From the IMG/VR virus record IMGVR_UViG_3300037589_000163, positions 1-64,000 of that record: a stretch of 64,000 nucleotides of DNA; one strand, written 5' to 3'. Position 1 is the stretch's first letter, and each line of letters starts with the position of its first letter. Shown here piece by piece: positions 25,869-36,469 of the stretch. Below the pieces are notes generated by a model. That model made no database searches. It had not been told where the DNA came from and worked only from the letters and a program-made list of their open reading frames with translations. Both the position numbers and the translations under genes were made by a program. Source of the DNA: a virus (lineage: Duplodnaviria > Caudoviricetes).

Positions 25869-26170
25869 TGAGCTTTTTTTCGATTATCAATTTCATCACT
25901 GACAACTGGACAATCGTTCTGGCGATGCTTGTCGTCGCCGCGGCATCCCTTGTGGTGTCTCATTTCTTCGGCCGCAAAATGTCCCTTGGAGCCTTGGTTC
26001 CAGGGGTGCTCTGGATTTTCTACATAATCGGCGGTAAAAATGCGCGTGACAATTATAAGAAAAAGCGCAAAGATATTGAAGAAAAAAGGAATGAGGCTTA
26101 TGACAAAATCGATTCACGTAATACCGATCGTGATGATGTTCTTGACCGGCTGCGTAAGCGGCGGTTTTGA
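25868..26170 (+). CDS. i-spanin (Rz)-like protein
   Basis: N-terminal TM segments followed by a charged helix. Confidence 0.6.
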   Translation: MSFFSIINFITDNWTIVLAMLVVAAASLVVSHFFGRKMSLGALVPGVLWIFYIIGGKNARDNYKKKRKDIEEKRNEAYDKIDSRNTDRDDVLDRLRKRRF

Positions 26171-26327
26171 CTGCCCCGAGCCGACAGAAATTTCAGAAGA
26201 AGACCAGGCCAAGGCGGAGAAAGAGCTCCAAGCCATTCCTCCTGGTTCCAGCGAAGCACTGATGAAGGTTCTCGCAGCTTCCCTTGACGACCGGGACAAG
26301 ATCAGAGCCTGCCGCCAGATTCGATAA
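26100..26327 (+). CDS. o-spanin (Rz1)-like lipoprotein
   Basis: Lipobox FLTGC; overlaps the Rz 3' end. Confidence 0.7.
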   Translation: MTKSIHVIPIVMMFLTGCVSGGFDCPEPTEISEEDQAKAEKELQAIPPGSSEALMKVLAASLDDRDKIRACRQIR

Positions 26328-26353
26328 TTTTTCATTTCGAAAGCGATTTAAAA

Positions 26354-28594
26354 ATGGATGTCAAAGAAGTTAGCGGAGAAACTCCGATCAATGCGGCACA
26401 TGCACCTGCTTTGGTGGAGTGGGAAAATCCGCCAAACGTTCAGGTTCTCCAGGGAGATCTGGAAGCATCCAAACCGGCACATGACACTTTCGTCAACAAT
26501 GTCCGACGCTGGAATGATCTGACCCAGGTCACAGGCAAGGCCCGGCCCAAGAAGGTCAAGGGACGTTCAGCTGCTCAGCCCAAGCTCATTCGCCGGCAGG
26601 CAGAATGGCGCTATTCGGCACTGACCGAACCCTTCAACTCGACTGAGAAGATGTTCCAGGTCGATCCGACGACCTTTGAGGACGGCAATGCTGCTCGTCA
26701 GAATGATCGGGTGCTCAACTGGCAGTTCCGGTCGAAGATCAACAGGGTCAAGTTCATTGACGATTACGTTCGCTCTTGCGTGGACGAAGGAACTGTCATC
26801 GTTCGGACAGGCTGGAAGCGCACCACCGTCAAGGTGAAAGAGACGGTTCCGGTCTGGGATTACATGACTCCTTCAAACCAGGAAGATGTCGCTGTCTTGC
26901 AAGGAGCGATCGAGCTGAAGGAGCAGAACCCCCGGGAATACAACGAGACGGTCGGCGACGATGTGAAAGCAGCCGTGGACTTCTACGAGGAGAGCGGCAC
27001 ACCGAGTGTAGCCGTACAGAACGGAGTCCAGGAAGTTGAAGCCGAGAAGGTGCTTGAGAACAAACCGACACTGGATCTGATCAATGTCGAGAACTTCTTC
27101 TTTGATCCTTCCTGCGGCGGCGATCTCGAGAAAGCCGGCTTCATCATCGTATCGTTCGAGACGTCCCAGGCAGAGCTCAAGAAAGAGCCGAAACGATACA
27201 AGAACCTGGAATACGTGAACTGGGAAGGCGCTTCGACGACTCTCCATGCAGATCACGCACCCCAGTCGACGGACAACAACTTCAACTTCAAGGACGCTCT
27301 CCGCAAGCGGGTGGTGGCCTATGAATATTGGGGTCTGTACGACATCCACAAGACCGGCGAACTGGTGCCGATCGTAGCTACTTGGATCGAAGGTGTCCTG
27401 GTTCGTATGGAGGAAAATCCCTTCCCCGACGGGAAGCCTCCTTTCGTTGTGGCAACCTACATGCCGATCAAAAGGCAGGTCATGGGTGAGCCCGATGCGG
27501 AACTTCTGGAAGACAACCAGAAGATCCTTGGTGCTGTTACCCGCGGTATGATCGATCTCCTAGGTCGTTCGGCCAACGGCCAGCAGGGTTTCGCCAAGGG
27601 AATGCTCGATACGTTGAACAGGCGTCGTTACGAAGAAGGCGCCGACTACGAGTTCAATCCGAACATGCCTCCGAGCCAGGGCGTGCTTGAGCACAAGTAT
27701 CCGGATATCCCTCAGTCGGCGATGTTGATGCTTCAGCTCCAGAACCAGGAAGCTGAAGCGCTGACTGGTGTGAAGGCGTTCTCTGGTGGCCTTTCCGGGG
27801 ACGCTTACGGTGAAGTGGCTGCCGGCATCAAGGGAATCCTGGATGCGGCCGCAAAGAGGGAAATGGCAATCCTTCGTCGTCTTGCTGCTGGTCTGGTCAA
27901 TATCGGCAAGAAGTTCATCGCCATGAACGCCGAGTTCCTCTCCGAAGAGGAAACCGTGCGTGTGACGAATGAAGAATTCATCATCATCAAACGTGAAGAG
28001 CTGCACAGCGAAGCCGGCGAGTTTGACATGAAAGTCGACATCTCGACAGCCGAGATCGACAACAACAAGGCCCAGGATCTGGGCTTCCTGCTTCAGACCA
28101 CCGGCAACACCATGGATTTTGGTGTGACCAAGTTGATCCTTTTGCAGATCGCTCGTCTCAAGCGGATGCCGGAACTTGCCAAGCTGATCGAAGAATATGA
28201 GCCCCAACCCGATCCTCTGAATGAGGAGTTGAAAAAGCTTCAGATCGAACATGAGCGGTTGGAAATTGAAAAGCTCAAATCGGAAATCAAGTTGAACCAC
28301 GCTCGGGCCCTGAAAGAAGAGACAGTCGCTGAAGCAACCGTTCTTGACACCGTGGAGCAAGAGACCGGGACAAAGCACGCTCGAGATCTCGAAAAGCAGA
28401 CCGCTCAGTCGACCGGGAACCAGAACCTGGAAGTCACGAAGTCGCTGCTCAAGTCGAAGAAGCCGGAGGAAAGCAATCCTGACATCGCTGCGGCTGTCGG
28501 CTTCAACGAGTTCTCCAAGCGTGAGAGGGACCCTCTCCGGGGAATTAACGAAGTAATCGATCCTGCATTATCAGGAAATACCGAAACTTTTTAA
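26354..28594 (+). CDS. Portal protein (N4 gp59-like)
   Basis: 746 aa; PKLIRRQAEWRYSALTEPF and IIDLLGRSANGQ-like motifs; synteny. Confidence 0.93.
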   Translation: MDVKEVSGETPINAAHAPALVEWENPPNVQVLQGDLEASKPAHDTFVNNVRRWNDLTQVTGKARPKKVKGRSAAQPKLIRRQAEWRYSALTEPFNSTEKMFQVDPTTFEDGNAARQNDRVLNWQFRSKINRVKFIDDYVRSCVDEGTVIVRTGWKRTTVKVKETVPVWDYMTPSNQEDVAVLQGAIELKEQNPREYNETVGDDVKAAVDFYEESGTPSVAVQNGVQEVEAEKVLENKPTLDLINVENFFFDPSCGGDLEKAGFIIVSFETSQAELKKEPKRYKNLEYVNWEGASTTLHADHAPQSTDNNFNFKDALRKRVVAYEYWGLYDIHKTGELVPIVATWIEGVLVRMEENPFPDGKPPFVVATYMPIKRQVMGEPDAELLEDNQKILGAVTRGMIDLLGRSANGQQGFAKGMLDTLNRRRYEEGADYEFNPNMPPSQGVLEHKYPDIPQSAMLMLQLQNQEAEALTGVKAFSGGLSGDAYGEVAAGIKGILDAAAKREMAILRRLAAGLVNIGKKFIAMNAEFLSEEETVRVTNEEFIIIKREELHSEAGEFDMKVDISTAEIDNNKAQDLGFLLQTTGNTMDFGVTKLILLQIARLKRMPELAKLIEEYEPQPDPLNEELKKLQIEHERLEIEKLKSEIKLNHARALKEETVAEATVLDTVEQETGTKHARDLEKQTAQSTGNQNLEVTKSLLKSKKPEESNPDIAAAVGFNEFSKRERDPLRGINEVIDPALSGNTETF

Positions 28595-28673
28595 TTCGTT
28601 CTTGACCGAAGATAATCAGTTAATATAAACAAGAAAATGTAATACCAAAAACCTCATAACCAAGGATACCAAA

Positions 28674-29027
28674 ATGTCTGAAATTCAGTCCTTTGAACGA
28701 GATATTCGGGATGCCAAGGAACTCATCGAAGTTCGCAAGGCCGCCCTCCGTCTTGAGCAGAACCAGGACTTCCGTCGCCTTTTCATCAACGGCTACTTCT
28801 CGACCGAAGCGGCCCGCATGGTTCAACTCTCCAGCGATCCGGCTCTGACCGAACAGCAGCGTGCTGACGCTCTCGATATGGCCAAGGCCACCGGCCACAC
28901 GAAGCGTTACCTTTCGATGTGTGTCCAGATGGGTGCAGCAGCGGAACGCGAACTTCCCTCCATGGAAATCGCCCTCGACGAAGCCCGCGCCGCCGAAACC
29001 GAAGAAGCTGAAGGCGAGGAAGACTGA
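28674..29027 (+). CDS. N4 gp58-like protein
   Basis: 117 aa between portal and scaffold-like gene. Confidence 0.7.
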   Translation: MSEIQSFERDIRDAKELIEVRKAALRLEQNQDFRRLFINGYFSTEAARMVQLSSDPALTEQQRADALDMAKATGHTKRYLSMCVQMGAAAERELPSMEIALDEARAAETEEAEGEED

Positions 29028-29029
29028 TC

Positions 29030-30373
29030 ATGAAACGACCCGCTTCAGCAGCCACCAACCAGGATGAATCTTACCTGGGGATGTCCGACGACGATTTCGT
29101 ACAGATCAATGGTCCTGCTGTTGAAGCGGGTACGGAAGATGTGACGACGGAAGATGAACAAGTGGAAAAGCCCGGTGAAAGCCCGGGCTCTTCTGCGACA
29201 GAAGAAGACAAGGTCCTCGAAAACAAGGATCAGGGGGGTCATGAAGATCCTGGTTCCTCGGGAGAAGACCGTGTCGAAAGCACCTCGGATGAAGGTGCTC
29301 GTGACGAGAAGACCGAAAAAGAAACGGCTCAAGCGGCCGAATCCTGGACAGAGTACCAGGACGATCCGGATCTCTCGGAAGAAGACAATGCCGTGGCAAA
29401 AGCCGAGCATGAAAAGACCCGGCCAGCTCAGACCGAGAAGAAGGTTGAAGGAGATCCCCAGGCCAAGTCCGGCGATCCCAAGGAACCTGGTTCCACAGAA
29501 AAAACCCCCGACAAGAAAGTTGATCTGGAGGACTTCTACGCTCAGGTCATGAAGCCGTTCAAAGCGAACGGCCGGACCATTGAACTGAAGACTCCGGAAG
29601 AAGTCATTCGTCTGATGCAGATGGGTGCCGGCTTCGGCCGCAAGATCCAGGACCTCCAGCCGCACCTGAAAACGGTGCGTATGCTCGAAAAGAATGACCT
29701 GCTCGATCCGGAAAGGTTGTCGTTTCTGATCGACATTAATAACAAAAATCCGGAGGCCATTAAAAAGTTAATCAAGGATTCGGGTATTGACCCCCTTGAT
29801 TTTAATAATGAAGATAATGTAGATTACCTTCCAACCAACCACGCTGTCAGTGACAGAGAGATGGTTTTCCAGGAAGCACTGTCGGACATCCAAAGTCGCG
29901 ACGGTGGTCAGGAGACCCTCAAGATCGTCAACCAGACGTGGGACGCCCAGAGCAAATCTGCAATCTGGGATCAGCCGGAAATTCTCCGCGTCATCCAGGA
30001 ACAGCGCGAAAATGGTGTTTATGACCAGATCGTCGCTGAAGTGGACCGTCAAAAGATACTCGGTACCATCCCCCATACGACTCCTTTCCTCCAAGCCTAC
30101 AAGAAGGCAGGGGATCATCTGCAAGCCAACAACGGTTTCAAAGCCGCGCCTGCACAGGAACAACAGATCCAGGAACAGTCGGGTGATAACCCGCAGCCAC
30201 AAGTGATCGCTTCCAAAGCAGCAGCGCCGAAATCGAAAGTGGCGAACAGCGACAAGGCCGCAGCAGCCTCACCGACGAAGTCGGACGGTTCTGTAAAGAG
30301 CGGCGGTTCCAAGGTCAACCCGCTTTCCATGGCGGATGACGAGTTTCTCAAAACATTTGAAGGCCGGCTCTGA
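29030..30373 (+). CDS. N4 gp57-like (scaffold-like) protein
   Basis: Acidic N-terminus; PFKANGRTIELKTPEEVIRLMQMGA; upstream of MCP. Confidence 0.8.
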   Translation: MKRPASAATNQDESYLGMSDDDFVQINGPAVEAGTEDVTTEDEQVEKPGESPGSSATEEDKVLENKDQGGHEDPGSSGEDRVESTSDEGARDEKTEKETAQAAESWTEYQDDPDLSEEDNAVAKAEHEKTRPAQTEKKVEGDPQAKSGDPKEPGSTEKTPDKKVDLEDFYAQVMKPFKANGRTIELKTPEEVIRLMQMGAGFGRKIQDLQPHLKTVRMLEKNDLLDPERLSFLIDINNKNPEAIKKLIKDSGIDPLDFNNEDNVDYLPTNHAVSDREMVFQEALSDIQSRDGGQETLKIVNQTWDAQSKSAIWDQPEILRVIQEQRENGVYDQIVAEVDRQKILGTIPHTTPFLQAYKKAGDHLQANNGFKAAPAQEQQIQEQSGDNPQPQVIASKAAAPKSKVANSDKAAAASPTKSDGSVKSGGSKVNPLSMADDEFLKTFEGRL

Positions 30374-30407
30374 GATTTTTGATGGTGCCGGTTAAGAGGA
30401 ATTTTCA

Positions 30408-31607
30408 ATGCTGAATTACAATGCACCAACCAGCACAAATGCCGGCACCGCCTCGGACATCGACGGCACCGGTTCGGGCCAGATGAACACCTTCTTCTGG
30501 CTTAAGAAGGCAATCATCGAAGCTCGGAAAGAGCAGTATTTCATGCCGCTCGCATCGGCCGTCAACATGCCGAAGCACTACGGCAAGACCATCAAGGTCT
30601 TCGAATACATTCCACTGCTCGACGAACGCAACGTCAACGACATGGGCCTCAACGCTTCCGGTGCGACGATCGCCGACGGCAATCTCTATGGCTCCTCGAA
30701 AGACATCGGCACCATCACCTCCAAGCTTCCGGTCCTGACCGAGAACGGCGGACGTGTGAACCGTGTGGGCTTTACCCGTATCTCCCGAGAAGGCTCGATC
30801 ACCAAGTTCGGTTTCTTCACCGAATTCACCCAGGAAAGCATGGACTTCGATTCCGATGACATGCTGATGGATCACCTGAGCCGCGAACTCATGAATGGCG
30901 CCGTACAGCTGACCGAAGCAGTTCTTCAGAAGGATCTGCTCTCCTCGGCCGGTGTCATTCTCTACGCTGGTGCAGCCACCTCCAATGCCACCATCATCGG
31001 TGAAGGCGCCACCCCGTCCGTGGTTTCCTACGCCAACCTGATGCGGCTCGATCAGGTACTGACCGACAACCGCACGCCGAAGCACACCAAGGTGATCACG
31101 GGCTCCCGCCTGATCGACACCAAGACGCTTCCGGCGGCCCGTGTGATGTTCGTTGGTTCCGAACTGGTTCCTCTGCTCAAGGGCATGAAGGACCTCTTCG
31201 ACAATCAGGCGTTCATTGCAGTCCAGCACTACGGCGATGCCGGCACCATCCTGAACGGTGAAATCGGTACGATCGATGCCTTCCGCATTGTTCAGGTTCC
31301 GGAAATGCTGCACTGGGCCGGCGTCGGTGATGACGAGACCACCAACCCTGGCTACCGGGCTACCGGCGGCAAGTACGACGTCTTCCCGATGCTTGTGCTT
31401 GGCGACGACTCCTGGACCACGATCGGTTTCCAGACGGATGGCAAGAGCCTGAAGTTCAGTGTCATGACCAAGATGCCCGGCAAGGAAACTGCCGACCGGA
31501 ATGACCCTTACGGCGAAACCGGCTTCAGCTCGATCAAGTGGTACTACGGCCTCCTGGTCAAGCGTCCCGAACGCATCGGTCTGATCAAGACCGTCGCCCC
31601 GGTCTAA
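30408..31607 (+). CDS. Major capsid protein (N4 gp56-like)
   Basis: 399 aa; [38 protein letters not shown]. Confidence 0.95.
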   Translation: MLNYNAPTSTNAGTASDIDGTGSGQMNTFFWLKKAIIEARKEQYFMPLASAVNMPKHYGKTIKVFEYIPLLDERNVNDMGLNASGATIADGNLYGSSKDIGTITSKLPVLTENGGRVNRVGFTRISREGSITKFGFFTEFTQESMDFDSDDMLMDHLSRELMNGAVQLTEAVLQKDLLSSAGVILYAGAATSNATIIGEGATPSVVSYANLMRLDQVLTDNRTPKHTKVITGSRLIDTKTLPAARVMFVGSELVPLLKGMKDLFDNQAFIAVQHYGDAGTILNGEIGTIDAFRIVQVPEMLHWAGVGDDETTNPGYRATGGKYDVFPMLVLGDDSWTTIGFQTDGKSLKFSVMTKMPGKETADRNDPYGETGFSSIKWYYGLLVKRPERIGLIKTVAPV

Positions 31608-31629
31608 TCCGAACGGGATACGCAAACTG

Positions 31630-31659
31630 AAGGGGGAGAGTAACTTCTCCCCCTTTTTT
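31630..31659 (+). terminator. Intrinsic terminator after MCP
   Basis: AGGGGGAGAG-TAAC-TTCTCCCCCT plus a T-tract. Confidence 0.85.
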
Positions 31660-31691
31660 GGATAACCAAACCATTTCCAAAGGAAATCCTC

Positions 31692-32477
31692 ATGAACAGC
31701 GCAGAATCATCCGAAGGACTTTTCGACGACGTTCTCAAGAACAAGGAAGTCGAAGAGAACCAGGCAGAGACACAGGAGGTCACATTGCCGGAAACTGAAG
31801 AAAACAAACAGAACGACGACACCGAGAACAAGGCTTCCGAGCTCGAGATCCTGAAGAACAGGGCTCGTATGATGAACATCACGTTCTCGAACAACATCGG
31901 CGTCGACGCACTTCGTTCCAAGATCAAGGCCAAGATGGGCGAAGAAGACGAAGATCCGACCGAAGACGAAGACGATGAGAGCGACAACGACGAAGCTGCC
32001 ACCGGCGAAACGGCTGAACAGTCCGCCCCTGAACAGGGCGCTGCCAGCGTAACCGAGAAGAACACCGTCACTCAGGCGCCGGCCCCTGTTGTCGCCGAAA
32101 AGCCGATGACGCTGCGGCAGAAGATGATCAAGGAACAGATGCGTCTGGTCCGTGTTCGGATCACCAACCTGAACCCGAACAAGAAGGATCTCAGCGGCGA
32201 GATCTTTACCTTTGCCAACGAGATCATCGGCGCCGTCAAGAAGTTCGTCCCCTACGGCGAAGCGACTGAGAACGGCTATCACATTCCCTACTGCATCTAT
32301 CAGCAGCTGAAGGAACGTGAGTTCGTCAACATCAAGACCCGCAAGACCTCGAAGGGTCAGGTCGTCGTTGAAACGGGTATGGCCCGTGAATTCGCTCTCG
32401 AGGTGATGCCTCAGCTGACCGAAGTCGAACTGGCCCGTCTTGCTGCTTCCCAGTCGGCCGCTGAAGGCATGGATTAA
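31692..32477 (+). CDS. N4 gp55-like protein
   Basis: LKNRARMMNITFSNNIG and LVRVRITNLNPNKKDL motifs; synteny. Confidence 0.8.
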   Translation: MNSAESSEGLFDDVLKNKEVEENQAETQEVTLPETEENKQNDDTENKASELEILKNRARMMNITFSNNIGVDALRSKIKAKMGEEDEDPTEDEDDESDNDEAATGETAEQSAPEQGAASVTEKNTVTQAPAPVVAEKPMTLRQKMIKEQMRLVRVRITNLNPNKKDLSGEIFTFANEIIGAVKKFVPYGEATENGYHIPYCIYQQLKEREFVNIKTRKTSKGQVVVETGMAREFALEVMPQLTEVELARLAASQSAAEGMD

Positions 32478-32507
32478 CAGATAATCGAGTTCTGATTATC
32501 TGTTAAT
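32473..32507. repeat. Perfect 14-bp inverted repeat
   Basis: ATTAACAGATAATC-GAGTTCT-GATTATCTGTTAAT. Confidence 0.9.
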
Positions 32508-32527
32508 ATTTTAAACGGAGAAACAAA

Positions 32528-33415
32528 ATGCCCGCCACCCCTTCCGGAGCCGACGTACTTGCGAACACGCTACTCAGTTCCCTGGTGGCGGGCAAAGACT
32601 TTTCGATCCCCGATATCGATCTGTCAGACACCCTTTTCGATCAGCCAGCAGACACAGGCGATACCTACGGGACCATCAATCCGATCACCGTTGAGCAGCT
32701 GACCACCGGCCAGGTTGATGGCGACGGTGTGTTTGACAAGCTGATGGTGAGCCTGGTTGCTCATCTCAAGATCGAATACGAAGCAAGCCGCATTTCCGGT
32801 GCCGAATACACAAAAGCCTACATCGGTATGATCACCGCGGCATTGTCGACATCGACCCAATTCCTCCTGACCAAGGACAGCGCTTACTGGCAGTCTCTTC
32901 TGGTTCAGAAGCAGGCGCAGCAGGCAGAAGTTGAAGCAATCAAAGCTCGTGTCGAACTGGCCATGGCCAAGGTTCGTATGGCACAGGCTCAGTTTGAAGC
33001 TTCGACAGCAGAAGCCAACTACGCTCTGACCAAGCTCAAGCTCTCGACCGAAGACGTGACCTACGACAACATGGTCAAGCAAGGTGAAGGGCTCGATTTC
33101 ACCAACGACAATATCCTGCCGAAACAGGCCACGCTCTTGTTCGAACAGACGGAAGTTCAGCGTTCCCAGACCCTGGATACGCGGACAGACGGCGCAACAG
33201 TCGCCGGCTCCGTCGGCAAGCAGAAAGACCTCTATTCGCAGCAGATCACGTCCTACCAGAGGGATGCCGAGACCAAGATGGTCAAGCTGCTTACGGACGT
33301 CTGGATCACCCAGAAGACGATCGATGAAGGTCTCCTGGCACCGAACCAGTTCACCAATGCAGAAATCGACATCGTTATGGCCAAGCTGCGATCGAACCTG
33401 GCTCTGACCACGTAA
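32528..33415 (+). CDS. N4 gp54-like structural protein
   Basis: GDGVFDKLM, GSVGKQKDLYSQQITSYQRD, WITQKTIDEG. Confidence 0.85.
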   Translation: MPATPSGADVLANTLLSSLVAGKDFSIPDIDLSDTLFDQPADTGDTYGTINPITVEQLTTGQVDGDGVFDKLMVSLVAHLKIEYEASRISGAEYTKAYIGMITAALSTSTQFLLTKDSAYWQSLLVQKQAQQAEVEAIKARVELAMAKVRMAQAQFEASTAEANYALTKLKLSTEDVTYDNMVKQGEGLDFTNDNILPKQATLLFEQTEVQRSQTLDTRTDGATVAGSVGKQKDLYSQQITSYQRDAETKMVKLLTDVWITQKTIDEGLLAPNQFTNAEIDIVMAKLRSNLALTT

Positions 33416-33424
33416 GGGTTTGAC

Positions 33425-35884
33425 ATGGCAACCAAAGTCTATGTCGACTCGGTTGTTTACAACCTTGCCGGAGAAGAAGCGAACCGCCCGGACTTTTTGA
33501 AAAGCCTGGTGGTTCGCAACGTTTTGTCCGGAAGCGACGACAGCATGGCCGAGACGCTTCAGAACGGGTATTTCAACGGGCCCGGTATCGATCTGCGGCG
33601 CTTCTACAATTGGGCCAAGAACCCCGCAAATTACAACCAGGTCGGGCTCCCGAGCGGCAAGCTCGAGATCCATGGTTCGATCGACAGCTCTTCGGTTGCT
33701 GCACAGATCCCGCATGGCGTGGACGAGGAGATCTGGGTCCAGGTCTCAAAAGTTGGCTATGCGGACATCCTGTATTGGGCCGAGCAATGGGTGCTCGAGA
33801 ATTACCCGGAAGAAGCCGGCACAGCCTGGACCGTTGATCACACCGTCACCGCGGGAACGATGACAATCACTCTCGAGGACACGAGCACGCACTCTGTCCC
33901 CGTGATTGGTTTCAATGAAAATGGTCGATACGTTTACAGTTACTATGTGATTGTGAAGCCTGGAGAAGAGGGGACTCTCTTTACCGGAGACACCACCGTG
34001 ATCAGTGATCCGGTTGATTTCCCCGACACAACTGACTGGGATCTCTTGTCCACAGATGCCGGACCACCAGTCCATAGGATTTATGAAAAGAGAACCAGGG
34101 TCACCGATGAGCCAGGAAAATTCAAGGTGCTCATTGAAACGATGCATCAGTTCCAGGACGATGTGGCTGATGAGTATTCCTACCGCATCGATACCCAGAC
34201 CAACGTTGAAAAAGAGTATGGGGAGACTCTTCTCTTCATCTATGAGATCGGCAGCGGCAACGCGGTCCTGGATGCCATTGTTTCCAACACGGTGGAATAT
34301 GGCGAATTCTTCCCTTTCATTCCGATACGGTTGGAGAACGAGTTTCTCTCCACGAGCTATTTCCCTACGGCCTTCGCTCAGACGGCAAAGGCCTACAAGA
34401 AAGCGACTGGTCAGAAGATCTCGAAGCTGATCGCTGATCTTGAAGACAATGACAAGCTCGAAGACATCGATCATGCTTTCGTGACGTTTGGCGTGTCGTT
34501 GAACACGTTGGAATCTGCGAGCAAGAAATACCTGTTTCGTCTGTTCGAAATGCTCCAGTTGGCGCAAGTCGGCGGCCCGAGTGCGTATTCGACCTGGAAA
34601 ACAATGTTGGCCGGCCAGCAGACGATCGCAGACGAATGGGTAGCCTGGAAGGAAAGACAGGATTCTCCGGCCAACGAAAGCGATGCCTATGAGGAAGAGC
34701 CGACAAGGCCGGGGTTTGACAGCCTGCCGACCAATCAGCTTTTGATTTCAGGGACAGGCGCTCTGAACTCAAGATATGACGTCCGGCTTGAATGGGTTTT
34801 CGTCGAAGACGGATCCGGAACAGGTCTAGGCAAGTCAGGCGCAAAGAAGGGAGATCTCTGGATCGAGTATCTGGGAGAGGACGATGTTGCCTCCCTGATC
34901 TATTCAGCGACCTCCAACAACTCGACCCCGCTGCCAGGTCAGATCGAGAAGATTCGGCTTTACTGGCAGAACGGGAACAGCACCTACAAATTCCTGGACA
35001 TCGTTGGAGCCGTTCACCGGAACTTTGTCTATGGCGACAACGAGATCAGGATCACGGCAAAAGAAGCCCTGGATGACACTGACGAGTCCGGTTTCATCGT
35101 GCCGCTGCATTACGACACCTGGAGAGCACTCTCGCTCAAGGATGTGACCCAGATGGCCACAGCCTGCGTCTTTATCCAGTTCAACTGCTACAAGCTCGTG
35201 AAGTTGAAATGGTATCAGACAGGTGTCTTCAAGATCCTGGCGGTGATTGCAGTTGCGATTGCCAGTGTGGTGTTCACCGGCGGCGCCGGCATCGGCATTC
35301 TTGGCACTCATTTGAGTGTAGGGAGTAGCCTAGGCTTTACCGGACTGAGTGCGGCGATCGTGGGATCTGTGGCTAATGCGTTGGCTGCCTTGGTTCTCAT
35401 AACGGTCATTGAGCAGGTCACCAAGGACCTGGGTGTGTTGGGAAGCATTCTCTCGACGCTGTTGATGTTCGTCATCGGCCAGGTGGGGGCTGCTTTTCAG
35501 AACACGGGAACCCTGTCCTTCAACTGGGGTGATCTTCTGAAAGCCGACAACTTGATGAAGCTGACCAATGCAGTCGGCCAGGGGGTTTCTTCGTTCCTGA
35601 ACGACGACACCATGAAGATCAATCGCGACTGGCTCGATTATTCCAAAAAGATGGAGATGGAAACCAAGAAAATTCAGCAAGCATATTTTGAAGAATTCGG
35701 TTATGGTGCAGGAGTAATCGATCCTTTTATGCTGGTTGACTCCTCGAATGGACCGATTGCCGAGAGCTCTGCCACTTTCCTCACCCGGACTTTGATGACC
35801 GGAAGTGAAATTGCCGATATGTCCCACGAGCTGCTCTATAATTTTCCTGAATATAGTTTAAAATTGCAAAACGCATTTTCTTGA
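33425..35884 (+). CDS. N4 gp53-like protein
   Basis: 819 aa; SVVYNLAG start, FFPFIPIRL, hydrophobic C-terminal region; synteny. Confidence 0.8.
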   Translation: MATKVYVDSVVYNLAGEEANRPDFLKSLVVRNVLSGSDDSMAETLQNGYFNGPGIDLRRFYNWAKNPANYNQVGLPSGKLEIHGSIDSSSVAAQIPHGVDEEIWVQVSKVGYADILYWAEQWVLENYPEEAGTAWTVDHTVTAGTMTITLEDTSTHSVPVIGFNENGRYVYSYYVIVKPGEEGTLFTGDTTVISDPVDFPDTTDWDLLSTDAGPPVHRIYEKRTRVTDEPGKFKVLIETMHQFQDDVADEYSYRIDTQTNVEKEYGETLLFIYEIGSGNAVLDAIVSNTVEYGEFFPFIPIRLENEFLSTSYFPTAFAQTAKAYKKATGQKISKLIADLEDNDKLEDIDHAFVTFGVSLNTLESASKKYLFRLFEMLQLAQVGGPSAYSTWKTMLAGQQTIADEWVAWKERQDSPANESDAYEEEPTRPGFDSLPTNQLLISGTGALNSRYDVRLEWVFVEDGSGTGLGKSGAKKGDLWIEYLGEDDVASLIYSATSNNSTPLPGQIEKIRLYWQNGNSTYKFLDIVGAVHRNFVYGDNEIRITAKEALDDTDESGFIVPLHYDTWRALSLKDVTQMATACVFIQFNCYKLVKLKWYQTGVFKILAVIAVAIASVVFTGGAGIGILGTHLSVGSSLGFTGLSAAIVGSVANALAALVLITVIEQVTKDLGVLGSILSTLLMFVIGQVGAAFQNTGTLSFNWGDLLKADNLMKLTNAVGQGVSSFLNDDTMKINRDWLDYSKKMEMETKKIQQAYFEEFGYGAGVIDPFMLVDSSNGPIAESSATFLTRTLMTGSEIADMSHELLYNFPEYSLKLQNAFS

Positions 35885-35899
35885 TAATAGGGTGAGATA

Positions 35900-36424
35900 A
35901 TGAATTACGCACAGCAGATTGCTCGTTTCGGCTCTGGTTCGTCTCTCGACGGTACGAATGTCCAGATGACCCCAATGATGTTTGATGCAATGGGTGGAGC
36001 TGCTCAGGGTCCCGGTGCCGCGGCAAATCCGATTGCGACTTATGGCCAGGCTTCGCAGTCGAGCCCCACGTCGGTATGGCCGAGTGGGAATACGGGAAAC
36101 AGCGGCATCATGACCGGCCAGATGTTCCCTCAAGCTCCTGGTTCCAGTTTTGGGGCGAAGACGGGCCTCGGCATGAACATGGATACCGGAAGGCTGATCA
36201 TTGGCGGCCTTCAGACGATCGGGAATCTCTGGCAGGCGTGGGAAGCCAACAAGCTGGCCAAGAAGCAGTTCAGCTTCCAGAAGGAGTTCGCCGAAAAGAA
36301 CATGGCGAACCAGATCAAGTCCTACAACACGACGCTGGAGGACCGCACACGTTCCCGCACTCACAGCGAAGGCGGCACACAGGCCGAAGCAGCAGCTTAC
36401 ATCGAAAAAAATCGCCTCGGCTGA
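35900..36424 (+). CDS. N4 gp52-like internal virion protein
   Basis: NQIKSYNTTLEDRTRSR motif; no Cys seen. Confidence 0.8.
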   Translation: MNYAQQIARFGSGSSLDGTNVQMTPMMFDAMGGAAQGPGAAANPIATYGQASQSSPTSVWPSGNTGNSGIMTGQMFPQAPGSSFGAKTGLGMNMDTGRLIIGGLQTIGNLWQAWEANKLAKKQFSFQKEFAEKNMANQIKSYNTTLEDRTRSRTHSEGGTQAEAAAYIEKNRLG

Positions 36425-36469
36425 TCCGAAGAGCGAGCACTCGAACACTTGAGTAATTGAGGATTTGAA

